DNA of 64,000 bases from contig JBAZUF010000004.1 of assembly GCA_041661505.1 (NCBI GenBank), forward strand, positions 68,861 through 132,860, written 5' to 3'. Position 1 is the stretch's first letter. Every line of letters starts with the position of its first letter. This document shows, piece after piece, positions 52,981-61,841 of the stretch. The DNA is from Patescibacteria group bacterium (GTDB lineage Bacteria > Patescibacteriota > Patescibacteriia > Patescibacteriales > JBAZCA01). Below the pieces are notes generated by a model. It made no database searches, was not told the DNA's origin, and saw nothing but the letters and a program-made list of their open reading frames with translations. The translations under genes were made by a program, and so were the position numbers.

Positions 52981-53385
52981 ATGATACACAAGGCTCTTTG
53001 TTTTCTGGTTTTCGTGGCGCTGGCCGCATTTTTTACCGCGGCCCCGGTAATGGCGCAGGACTACGGGTGCAGGAACGCCGGAGACGGAGTGGAGTTTTTC
53101 GTCTCCAAATCCTTGGCCGCCAAGTACCTCGGCGGCGGCGTACCGGTATTCGGCGCGGAGATTGAGGGGTGGGACAACAACACCCCAATGACCGCGGCTG
53201 GAGATTACTGGGTGGCCAAAGTCAAGGGGTCCTCCTCGGGAACCCAAGACTGGGGCTTTGGCCGCAAGAAGGACGGGTACCCCTGGTACCCGTCGAAAAA
53301 GATGGTCGCCGACGGGGCGGTAAAGCAGGGGGACGTCGTTGACAACGGGTTCAACGCGTTTAATTTCCGGACTACCTGCAGGTAG
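52981..53385 (+). CDS. Small secreted protein (134 aa, two Cys), unknown function; GC-rich island gene 3
   Basis: GGAGGA lies upstream of ATG 52981. The signal peptide is MIHKALCFLVFVALAAFFTAAPVMA. The mature part is Gly/Trp/Asp-rich (GDYWVAKVKG, DWGFGRKKDGYPWYP). Confidence 0.65.
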   Translation: MIHKALCFLVFVALAAFFTAAPVMAQDYGCRNAGDGVEFFVSKSLAAKYLGGGVPVFGAEIEGWDNNTPMTAAGDYWVAKVKGSSSGTQDWGFGRKKDGYPWYPSKKMVADGAVKQGDVVDNGFNAFNFRTTCR

Positions 53386-53547
53386 CCGCCCGGGCCCGGC
53401 GCCAAACGGCGGATAATCCCGCCACAAACTAGAGTGGGGGCGCGAGAGACTTTTGTCTTTTCGCGCTCCCACCAACCCAACTCCCATGAACGGGAAAGAC
53501 GGCAAAGGCGAAGCGAAAAATTGAGTTTTCCAAATAAGATTATTAAC

Positions 53548-54963
53548 ATGTTAAATACTTTAAAAATTAGCGAAAACCGGCAGCCGCTAATAATTGCTAT
53601 AAGCGCGTTTTTTATATTAGCGCTCCTTGCGGCCGCCTATTTTCCTCTAAAATCAATCGCGGTTTTGGGCCTGGCTTCGTTTATAATTATTACCGCCATA
53701 AAACCTGAATTCGGCTTATATCTTGTGGCCTTATTTTTGCCGGTAATATTTTGGCAGCCTTTATATCCGGATTTCAAAATTGAAACCTCATTTTTAGATT
53801 TACTGGCCGCCGCGGCGCTTTTCAGTTTTTTTTTAAGGATCGCTTATTTAAAAGTGATAGCCGGAGAAAAAGTTAAGCTTGAATTGCCGCTTATTATGCC
53901 GTTCCTGTTTTTCTTCGGCGCGGCTTTTTTTTCCGGAGTTTTTTCAGATAACAGCTATAACAGCATAATTTACAGCGCCCGCTGGGTGTTATTTCCTTAT
54001 ATTGCTTTTGTTTTCTTTCCGGCCAACGTTATTAAAGATAAAAAAATTCTCCGCAACACGATTGTCTTCCTCCTTATTTCGGTTTTATACGCCGCGTTGA
54101 TGGCGCTTTTTTCCGTCCAGGAACAAAACATTTCTTTGCTTGATGATATCTTCCAGGGGAAATTTTTCCGCCTCCGCCTTATTAAAATTTTCGGCATTTA
54201 TCCTTTAGGGGACTTCCAAAATCTTTTAGCCGAGGTGATGCTGCCGGGCATATTCTTTATATTATCTTTGAAGTACTGGATTAAAAGCGAAAGAGCCAAA
54301 AGATTCATTAATCTGGGCATGATTTTTTTCACTTTGATTCTTATCGCAACTTTTTCCCGGGGCGCCTGGATCTCGGTAGTTTTAGCGTCAGTGGCCTATT
54401 TATTTTACGGCCACCGGGAAAACTTAAAAAAATATCTTGTTTACGCCTTATTTATTTTAATGCTTTCCATTCCGGCCTGGATAAACATGTATAAAATCCA
54501 GACCTACTATTATATCGGCGGCCTTTCCAACCAGCAAAAAGTTTTGATGCTTTCTATCGCCTGGAAGGCTTTTAGCGAAAATCCGATTATCGGCCAGGGT
54601 TCCGGTGAATTTGTGCATTTGGTCGAGAACAACATCACCTATATGACAAGATACGGAGAAGTTCTTGATTCGCACGGCGTAGTCCAAAAAATAATGGCCG
54701 AAAACGGCAGTCTGGGGCTCATCGCTTTTTTCATTTACTCTTTAGCAATATTTTTATTGTTTTCAAGGACAATTAAAAATAATAAAAATGAGCTAAAGTT
54801 ATTTTTGCCATTAGCCGCCGGGAGTTTAGGAGTCTTTATAATGGAATTTTTCAATACTTCCTATTACCAGGGAAAACTTTGGCTGCCGATCGGCATAACC
54901 TTAGCGGCAATAAAATTGCTGGATAATAATAAACAAATAGAAAATAGCGCGCCACTTTCATGA
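53548..54963 (+). CDS. O-antigen ligase / Wzy_C family polytopic membrane protein
   Basis: About 11 TM segments, the loop motif TFSRGAWISV, and C-terminal GQGSGEF...DSHGVVQKIMAENGSLGLIAFF (the H-N/G...E-x-G-x-x-G pattern of the family). Start chosen at MLNTLK (ATG 53548). Confidence 0.8.
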   Translation: MLNTLKISENRQPLIIAISAFFILALLAAAYFPLKSIAVLGLASFIIITAIKPEFGLYLVALFLPVIFWQPLYPDFKIETSFLDLLAAAALFSFFLRIAYLKVIAGEKVKLELPLIMPFLFFFGAAFFSGVFSDNSYNSIIYSARWVLFPYIAFVFFPANVIKDKKILRNTIVFLLISVLYAALMALFSVQEQNISLLDDIFQGKFFRLRLIKIFGIYPLGDFQNLLAEVMLPGIFFILSLKYWIKSERAKRFINLGMIFFTLILIATFSRGAWISVVLASVAYLFYGHRENLKKYLVYALFILMLSIPAWINMYKIQTYYYIGGLSNQQKVLMLSIAWKAFSENPIIGQGSGEFVHLVENNITYMTRYGEVLDSHGVVQKIMAENGSLGLIAFFIYSLAIFLLFSRTIKNNKNELKLFLPLAAGSLGVFIMEFFNTSYYQGKLWLPIGITLAAIKLLDNNKQIENSAPLS

Positions 54964-56078
54964 AAAGCGAACAAAAAAAAATTAAAATCATCTACGCTTT
55001 GCCCGGCCTCCGCATCGGCGGCGCCGAGAGATTTACGATTGATCTAATAAAAAATTTAGACAAGGAGAAATTTGAAGCAAAATTACTAATACTTGAAGGG
55101 GCGAGCGAGGAAGCCGAGGACTGGAGGCGGGAGCTGGAAAACGAAAGAGTTGAGATACTGGATTTAAAAAAAAGGAAAGGCAAAGACAAAATAAAATGCC
55201 TGATAAGGTACTATAAAGCGCTTAAGGCCGAGAATCCGGATATTCTCCACGCCCAGCTGTTTACAGCCGATCTTTTCGGCCGCCTGGCCGCCGGACTGGC
55301 CGGGATTCCTTTAGTAATCACCGAACAGAATCTTAATTATGTTGACAGCTGGCCGAGGATAATCCTAAAAAGGCTTACTTCGTTCTTGTCAGCTAGGGTA
55401 GTCGCCATATCCGAAGCCGTAAGAAATTATCTAATAAAACGCGAGGGAGTGCCGGAAGATAAATTGACGGTGATTTATAACGGGACGGAAACCGAAAAAT
55501 ACGCGTTTAACGAAAGAAGCTATGAGCAAAAAGATAAAATAATAATCGGTTCGGTTGGACGGCTGACCCGGCAAAAAGGCTTTGAATATTTAATCGAAGC
55601 GGTTAGCAAGCTGGAATCAGGAATAGAAATTGAATGCCTGATTGCCGGAGACGGGGAAGAAAGGGCTAACCTTGAAATGCTTATAAATAAGCATGGGCTT
55701 CAAAACCGGGTAAAATTAATCGGCTGGCAGAAGGCAGGGGAATTTTTAAAAAAGATCGATATTTTTGTTTTGCCTTCCGTATGGGAGGGTTTGGGGATAG
55801 CCGTTATCGAAGCCGGACTTTCGGGTTTGCCGGTTATAGCCTCGGATATTGACGGCTTAAGGGAAATTATAACCGATTCTAATCAAGGATGTCTGTTTAA
55901 GCCGGGAGACGCGAATGATTTAAAAGAAAAGCTGGAATACCTGATAGGGAATGCTGACGAGAGAAAAAGACTGGGCTGCGGTCTGCAAAGAAATTTACGC
56001 GAAAAGTTTTCTATTAAAAAGATCGCCGGAGAGTATGAAGAATTATACCGGAAAATTTTGAATGGCGATAGAAATTAA
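54960..56078 (+). CDS. Glycosyltransferase family 4
   Basis: GGAERF N-terminus, GRLTRQKG, and the E-x7-E region PSVWEGLGIAVIEAGLSGLPVIASDIDGLREII. The start overlaps the upstream stop (ATGA). Confidence 0.88.
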   Translation: MKSEQKKIKIIYALPGLRIGGAERFTIDLIKNLDKEKFEAKLLILEGASEEAEDWRRELENERVEILDLKKRKGKDKIKCLIRYYKALKAENPDILHAQLFTADLFGRLAAGLAGIPLVITEQNLNYVDSWPRIILKRLTSFLSARVVAISEAVRNYLIKREGVPEDKLTVIYNGTETEKYAFNERSYEQKDKIIIGSVGRLTRQKGFEYLIEAVSKLESGIEIECLIAGDGEERANLEMLINKHGLQNRVKLIGWQKAGEFLKKIDIFVLPSVWEGLGIAVIEAGLSGLPVIASDIDGLREIITDSNQGCLFKPGDANDLKEKLEYLIGNADERKRLGCGLQRNLREKFSIKKIAGEYEELYRKILNGDRN

Positions 56079-56093
56079 GCCTTTTGACATGCT

Positions 56094-57089
56094 ATGAAAT
56101 TAAATAAATTCGAAAAATTCAGCGCCTATCCGATTATCCGAAGGCATTTAAAAACCTCGCTTCCTTTCCTTAACGCGAGGAAAATTTTTAATATCGCCAT
56201 GTCAAAATTTGAAGAAAAAACCGGAAAAACCGTTTTATCTTCTAAGCCGTTTTTTATTAAAATCGAGCCGACCAACCTCTGTAATTTGAAATGCAAGGGC
56301 TGTTTTCATTCGGAGGAAAAAAGGACTTTGGAGAAAATGAATATGCTGGGCGATATGGATTTTGAGATGTTCAAGGGAATTATCGGCGGGCTGGACAAAT
56401 ATTTGGTTAAAGTATCTCTTTACTCGATGGGCGAGCCGCTATTATGCGGGAATATTGTAAAGATGGTTCAATACCTAACCGAGAAAAGAATCGCGAGCGT
56501 CATAAGCTCAAATTTAAATTATTTAACTCCGGAATTAGCCGAAGGCTTGGTAAGGGCCAAGCTTACGCATCTTATTATTTCACTTGATGGTTATGATGAA
56601 AAATCCTATTTAAGCTACCGGGAAGGCGGCGATTTTAATAAACTGCTGGAAAACATTAAGCTTATACAGGAGAAAAAAAGAAAAGCCGGATCTAAATATC
56701 CGCAAATCGAAATTCAAAGCATCCACTTTAAGGAATACGCGGAAAAGGATATTAAAAAAATCAAAGCTCTGGCCGCGGGCTTAAAGCCGGACGTTTTTAC
56801 CTTAAGGGATGACTATTCTATTTATCTAGGCGACCGGGACAAAGTAAAAGCCAAGAGGTGTTTTTGGCTTTACGGGCATCCGATGTTCCGCTTTGACGGC
56901 GTTGTCCAGCCTTGCTGTTTTTATTACCTGGATGAAAAAAATAATTTTGGAAATGTAAAAGACATGGAAGCTGAAAAAATCTGGAATAACGAAAAATTCA
57001 AAAAAGCGAGGGAATATTTTAATGCCGGTAAAGCGTCCGGGGAGCTAAAGTGTGAATCCTGCGATTATTTTAAATATGAAAGCCAATAG
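56094..57089 (+). CDS. Radical SAM enzyme with SPASM/twitch-like C-terminal Cys motif (rSAM-1)
   Basis: CNLKCKGC (C-x3-C-x2-C), SMGEPLL and SLDG motifs. The C-terminus has CFWLYGHPMFRFDGVVQPCC (C-x12-G-x4-C) and CESC. Confidence 0.85.
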   Translation: MKLNKFEKFSAYPIIRRHLKTSLPFLNARKIFNIAMSKFEEKTGKTVLSSKPFFIKIEPTNLCNLKCKGCFHSEEKRTLEKMNMLGDMDFEMFKGIIGGLDKYLVKVSLYSMGEPLLCGNIVKMVQYLTEKRIASVISSNLNYLTPELAEGLVRAKLTHLIISLDGYDEKSYLSYREGGDFNKLLENIKLIQEKKRKAGSKYPQIEIQSIHFKEYAEKDIKKIKALAAGLKPDVFTLRDDYSIYLGDRDKVKAKRCFWLYGHPMFRFDGVVQPCCFYYLDEKNNFGNVKDMEAEKIWNNEKFKKAREYFNAGKASGELKCESCDYFKYESQ

Positions 57090-57105
57090 GTTTGCATAAA
57101 TATTT

Positions 57106-58092
57106 ATGAATAAGGCCATTCCAAAAGATTTAACCATTGCCATAACTTATCGCTGTAACTTGCGCTGTGCGATGTGCAATATTTGGGCTGTGGAAAATCC
57201 GGAGGAATTGCCCCTGGAATTTTTTTCCAATCTAAGCCCGGATTTAAGATACGTAAATATTAGCGGAGGCGAGCCATTCTTGCATCCGCAGATTACCGAA
57301 ATCATAAAAGCCGTTAAGGAAATTAGCCCTAAGGCAAAAATTATTATTTCCACCAATGGCTTCGCGGTTTCCCTAATAACGAAGAAAATGGCGGAGATTT
57401 TAAAAATTGACCCGAAAATCGGCGTTAGAGTGTCAATCGACGGCAGGCGGGAAGTGCACGACGAGATCAGGGGCTTTATTGGTGCATACGATCAGGCGAT
57501 GGCCGCCATTAACGAACTAAAAGCCATGGGGGTAAAAAATTTAGGCATCGGTTTTACCGCTATGGACAAAAACGTCGGAGAGATTGCCTTGGTTTACGAT
57601 TTGGCAAAAAAGATGAAGATTCAATTCGCTATCGGCCTGGTTCAGAGTTCTGAAAGCTATTTTAAAAAGAGTGATAACGAAATATTAAAAAAGGACGAGA
57701 TCGATCAAGGCTTGGATTATGTTATAAATTCGGAACTGCGAAGCAATAATATTAAGAAGTGGCTAAGAGCTTATTTCAGCTTCGGGTTAAAAAATTATTT
57801 GTTATATAAAAAGAATATCCTTCCCTGGCAGGCCGGCCTAGACTCATTGTTTATTTCTGCCGGCGGGGAGGTTTATCCTAATCATCTTATCGGCGTCAAA
57901 ATCGGAAACTTAAAAAATGAGCCGCTTGAATCAATTTGGAATTCAGCCGAAGCGCGAAAATTCAGGAAAGAAATGAGGGCGGGAAAATTCGGAGAAAAAT
58001 GGGTGATGTGCGCGGTTCGGCAGGCAATGAAAAAGAACTGGCCGAGGGTTGGGCTTTGGATCGCGGCCAATAAGCTAAAAAGAATTATATGA
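57106..58092 (+). CDS. Radical SAM enzyme lacking auxiliary-cluster cysteines (rSAM-2)
   Basis: CNLRCAMC (C-x3-C-x2-C), ISGGEPFLHP, and VSIDGRREVHDEIRG. The region equivalent to the SPASM motif (AGLDSLFISAGGEVYPN) has no Cys. Confidence 0.85.
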   Translation: MNKAIPKDLTIAITYRCNLRCAMCNIWAVENPEELPLEFFSNLSPDLRYVNISGGEPFLHPQITEIIKAVKEISPKAKIIISTNGFAVSLITKKMAEILKIDPKIGVRVSIDGRREVHDEIRGFIGAYDQAMAAINELKAMGVKNLGIGFTAMDKNVGEIALVYDLAKKMKIQFAIGLVQSSESYFKKSDNEILKKDEIDQGLDYVINSELRSNNIKKWLRAYFSFGLKNYLLYKKNILPWQAGLDSLFISAGGEVYPNHLIGVKIGNLKNEPLESIWNSAEARKFRKEMRAGKFGEKWVMCAVRQAMKKNWPRVGLWIAANKLKRII

Positions 58093-59204
58093 TAAGCGCC
58101 GTCAGAGTTAAAAAATATATAAGAATCGGTTTTAACCGGATAACGCAGGATCTCGCGACCCGCTTCTTTTTACTGTCAGGAATTAAAATGCCCAATCCGA
58201 AACGGGCGTATTATTTTATGACCAGTAAGTGTAATTTTCAGTGCGGGATGTGCCCGCAGTGGAAAATCGGGCTGGAAGAAAAGGCGGAAGAATATATTTC
58301 CGAATCCCGAATGCTCGAGCTAATGGACGAAATGGCCGGCGCCGGAATAAAAGAAATCGGTTTTTCCGGAGGCGAGCCGTTAATTTACTCGGACAAGCTG
58401 TTGCGCCTTCTGGCTCACGCTAGCCGAAAAGGCATGTATACGCACGTAGCCACCAACGGCAGTCTTATTACCCGCGAATTTTTAGGCGAGTATGATAAAA
58501 TCGGCGGCGGGCATATCTCTCTATCAATTGACGCTTTAGGGGAGCGGCATAATGAACTGCGCGGATTCGGCGGCGCGTTTTCCGGAACCGAGAACGTCCT
58601 TAAATTATTTGAAACCAATAATTACCGCAACATCTTACTAAAAATTAACCTTACTTTGACCGGCGAAAATTTGGGCGAAGCGCCGGCGGTAGTAAAAATG
58701 GCCGCGACTAAAAACGCGGTTGTCTTTATCCAGCCTTACGATCCGTATGATTACGCCCATTCGAATGACGCGGCTTATCTGGAAAGCCATTATCCTTTAT
58801 GGGTGAAGAAGAAAAACTACGGCGAACTGGAAAAGTCTTTGGATGAAATCATGGAAATAAAAAGAGACAGTCCGGAAATTATACTAAATAGCGAAGAGCA
58901 CTTAGCTGATATAAAACAATATTTTCAGGGCAGGAGAAACATAAAAAAAATATGCTTTTCCGGCTTGGACCAGATAAGTATTTTCCCCCGGGGCGAAATA
59001 ATGTTTTGTAAATACGGCGTAATTGGGGATTTGAAAAACGCGAGCCTTAAAGAATTTTTAGCAAGCGATAAAAGAAAAGAAGCGGTAATCTCCAGCCTCT
59101 CGTGCCCCGAAAATTGTCTTTTGGGCTGTATGTACCGCCCGCGGCTTGGCGATATGCTTAAAAGCGGCCTAAAGCAATTATATAAATTATCGAAAGTAAA
59201 CTAA
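58089..59204 (+). CDS. Radical SAM enzyme with SPASM-like C-terminal Cys motifs (rSAM-3)
   Basis: CNFQCGMC (C-x3-C-x2-C), FSGGEPLIY, LSIDALGERHNELRG, then CFSGLDQISIFPRGEIMFC (C-x12-G-x4-C) and CPENCLLGC. It overlaps rSAM-2 by 4 nt (ATGA). Confidence 0.85.
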   Translation: MISAVRVKKYIRIGFNRITQDLATRFFLLSGIKMPNPKRAYYFMTSKCNFQCGMCPQWKIGLEEKAEEYISESRMLELMDEMAGAGIKEIGFSGGEPLIYSDKLLRLLAHASRKGMYTHVATNGSLITREFLGEYDKIGGGHISLSIDALGERHNELRGFGGAFSGTENVLKLFETNNYRNILLKINLTLTGENLGEAPAVVKMAATKNAVVFIQPYDPYDYAHSNDAAYLESHYPLWVKKKNYGELEKSLDEIMEIKRDSPEIILNSEEHLADIKQYFQGRRNIKKICFSGLDQISIFPRGEIMFCKYGVIGDLKNASLKEFLASDKRKEAVISSLSCPENCLLGCMYRPRLGDMLKSGLKQLYKLSKVN

Positions 59205-60430
59205 TGAAAATTTTACAGATCAACAAATATTTTTATTTAAGAGGCGGAAGCGAACGCTACTTTTTCGGCTTGTCAAAAATATTGGAGAATAACGGCCACC
59301 AGGTGGCGCATTTTTCCATGAAACACGAGCGAAACCTGGAGTCAAAATACGCGAAATATTTTACGGAAAAGATTGAGCTTGATAAATTCAGCCTAAAGAG
59401 CATTATTAAAATATTTTATAACCATGACGCGGTAAACAAGCTGGATAAGCTAATGAATGACTTTAAGCCGGACGTAGCCCATTTGCATAACATCGACCGG
59501 CAATTAGGCCCGGCGATAATCAATCTTTTGAAGAAAAGGGGAATCCCGGTAGTTATGACTTTGCACGATTTTAAAGCCTTCTGCCCCAAGGGAACGCTTT
59601 ATAATAAGCGCGCGCATTGCCGCAAATGCCTGAACGGAAATTATTATAACTGTTTGAAAGATAAATGCATTAAAGAATCTTATCTGAAAAGCGCGCTGGG
59701 CATGCTGGAGTTTTATTGGCAAAGATTTTTCCTTATGGCCTACGGGAAAGTTGATACGTTCCACGCGCCGAGCCTTTACATGAAAAATATCGCCGTAAGT
59801 TCCGGAATTTCTTCGGAAAAAATATTCGATTTGGTTTACCCGATTGAAGCTCGGGAAGACAGTAATGGGACTGAAAAAGTAAATGAAGAGTATTTGTTAT
59901 ATTTCGGCCGGCTGTCTGAAGAGAAAGGAATTGATGTTTTAATAAGAGCGCTTAGCCGCACAAAAATCGGCATTAAACTAAAAATTGCCGGCGAGGGAGA
60001 GCTTAAGGATGGTTTAATGAAGATTTCTGATGCTTTGGGGCTCACTAAGAGAATCGAATTTCTCGGGTTTCAAAATGGCGAAAAACTTGAAAAACTGATC
60101 AGCGGCGCTGAAGCGGTTGTTATCCCTTCACTTTGGCCGGAGAATATGCCCTATAGCCTATTAGAATCAATGGCTTCCGGTAAAACGATTATCGCTTCAA
60201 AAACCGGAGGAATCCCGGAAAGGATAGTTGATGAATCTAGCGGGTATCTTTTTTCAATTGGCAATATTAACGAATTAGCGGAAAAAATAGATAGCGCCGT
60301 TAGCGAGAAAAATGCAATGCTGGGCCAAAAGGCGAGAGACAGTATAAAAAACTTTAATACTAAAAAACATTATGAGGAATTAGTCAAGATGTATAATTCG
60401 CTAATATTTGCTAAATTAAAGCATTATTAA
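59204..60430 (+). CDS. Glycosyltransferase family 4
   Basis: GGSERY N-terminus, GRLSEEKG, and the E-x7-E region PSLWPENMPYSLLESMASGKTIIASKTGGIPERI. The start shares 1 nt with the rSAM-3 stop (TAATG). Confidence 0.85.
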   Translation: MKILQINKYFYLRGGSERYFFGLSKILENNGHQVAHFSMKHERNLESKYAKYFTEKIELDKFSLKSIIKIFYNHDAVNKLDKLMNDFKPDVAHLHNIDRQLGPAIINLLKKRGIPVVMTLHDFKAFCPKGTLYNKRAHCRKCLNGNYYNCLKDKCIKESYLKSALGMLEFYWQRFFLMAYGKVDTFHAPSLYMKNIAVSSGISSEKIFDLVYPIEAREDSNGTEKVNEEYLLYFGRLSEEKGIDVLIRALSRTKIGIKLKIAGEGELKDGLMKISDALGLTKRIEFLGFQNGEKLEKLISGAEAVVIPSLWPENMPYSLLESMASGKTIIASKTGGIPERIVDESSGYLFSIGNINELAEKIDSAVSEKNAMLGQKARDSIKNFNTKKHYEELVKMYNSLIFAKLKHY

Positions 60431-60514
60431 GCTAACCCGGGATTCTTGAAATATTGCTGTGTTTATGTTAAGGTTTTAGCGAATTTCAATATAATCAAAT
60501 AATCAATAAAAACT

Positions 60515-61813
60515 ATGACAGTCAAAAAATCCGTGAAAATAATAATAATTTCTATCATAATCTGCTCTGCCAGCCTTGGGATGTTTTCGGTGCCTACAAG
60601 CCAAGCCAGAGTAAGCTCGTATTATTCAGGAGACGCGGCGGTTTATAATGGCCAAATAATTGTTGGTTCCACCAATATGGGCAAATTTGAATTGTTTAGA
60701 TGGGGTAATAACGGCCTCGTTAAAACCAGCACCTTAAGGCCCGAACCGCTGGAGGATTCCCAATTTTACGATTTGAAATTTAGCGAGGAAAACGGCAGCC
60801 TTAATGTTTACTTAACCAGCGGAAGATACTTATACAAATATAACATCGGCGACGTTTATAACCCTATTTTTATTAAAAAAGTTAAGGACAATTCGAACGA
60901 CGGATGGATTTCCGGCTTCGAAAAGTCCAGCGCGAGAATCGTAACTATCGGCACCAAAGAAACTAAAATTTGGAATGACAACCTTGAGATTATCGACAGT
61001 TTCAAAATAACCAATATTGACAACCCTTATAATATAAGATTTTCGGCTGACGGAAGATTTATTATTAACGTAAAAGAGGATAAGGCCGAAATTTTTGACA
61101 CTGCCGTAAGAAGGATTACCGGCGAAGTTCCGATAAAGACAAACAGCGCGCTGAACCGGAAAGTGTACGCCGGAGATTATATATACGCGGTCGATGACCA
61201 GCGGGTGATAGTGTTTGACTATGACGCGGAAATCGTGGGCTCATTTAAGCATACCTCGAATATGGGCTATGACGCGGACGCGATACCCGGAGGCAAGTAT
61301 GTTTATTTTTCCGACGGGAAAGGGATAGTCAAACTTGATCGGTCCGGTTTAACCGCGGCCGACTGGGTAAATATTGACAAGCTCCCCGTGCAATACGGCT
61401 GGGCGATGGGGATGAAAGTTCTGGAAGTGTCCGGCAAAAGTTATATCGTGGCTTTCTGCAATTCTTATATCGGGATATTCGATGAAAAATTAGACCTGGC
61501 GAGCTTTTACCGTTCAAGGGAAGAAACCTTCAGCCCGGTGGAAAAAGTTTATTTGGGAATTGACAAGGACCGGGCTCCGAGCGGAAGCCTTATCGCCATC
61601 CACGGCGGAGGTTACGGGCAATTCGAAAAGATTTATATTGATTTAGTATATAAACGGGTGGAGACTGTTGCGGGCGAGAAGGGGAGGTTTAGCATTGTAA
61701 CCGAGGTGCCTTGCGTCAACCTGCGGCCCGAAGAGAGGCCGTTAAAAACCGACATAAGGGTTACCGGCGCCTACACCGGCATAAGCTATAACCTCGGTTT
61801 TACCTTGGAATAG
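60515..61813 (+). CDS. Secreted/anchored beta-propeller-like protein, unknown function
   Basis: N-terminal signal/anchor KIIIISIIICSASLGMFSVPTSQA, followed by repeated beta-strand-rich blades (GQIIVGSTNMGKFELFRW, LNVYLTSGRYLYKYN, GDYIYAVDDQRVIVFD, GKYVYFSDGKGIVKLD). Confidence 0.7.
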   Translation: MTVKKSVKIIIISIIICSASLGMFSVPTSQARVSSYYSGDAAVYNGQIIVGSTNMGKFELFRWGNNGLVKTSTLRPEPLEDSQFYDLKFSEENGSLNVYLTSGRYLYKYNIGDVYNPIFIKKVKDNSNDGWISGFEKSSARIVTIGTKETKIWNDNLEIIDSFKITNIDNPYNIRFSADGRFIINVKEDKAEIFDTAVRRITGEVPIKTNSALNRKVYAGDYIYAVDDQRVIVFDYDAEIVGSFKHTSNMGYDADAIPGGKYVYFSDGKGIVKLDRSGLTAADWVNIDKLPVQYGWAMGMKVLEVSGKSYIVAFCNSYIGIFDEKLDLASFYRSREETFSPVEKVYLGIDKDRAPSGSLIAIHGGGYGQFEKIYIDLVYKRVETVAGEKGRFSIVTEVPCVNLRPEERPLKTDIRVTGAYTGISYNLGFTLE

Positions 61814-61841
61814 ATTAAGAGATGAGGCGCGAGCAAATTAT

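Noticed and set aside
52800-53549. Overlapping track ORFs around island gene 3 (121 aa on the + strand; 184 aa and 114 aa on the minus strand) and the long N-terminal extension of the ligase-like gene from 53434
   Set aside because: Only the frame starting at ATG 52981 has an RBS plus a signal peptide. The Arg-rich extension from 53434 crosses a terminator-like GC hairpin (about 53444-53478), and the membrane protein's natural start is MLNTLK at 53548.
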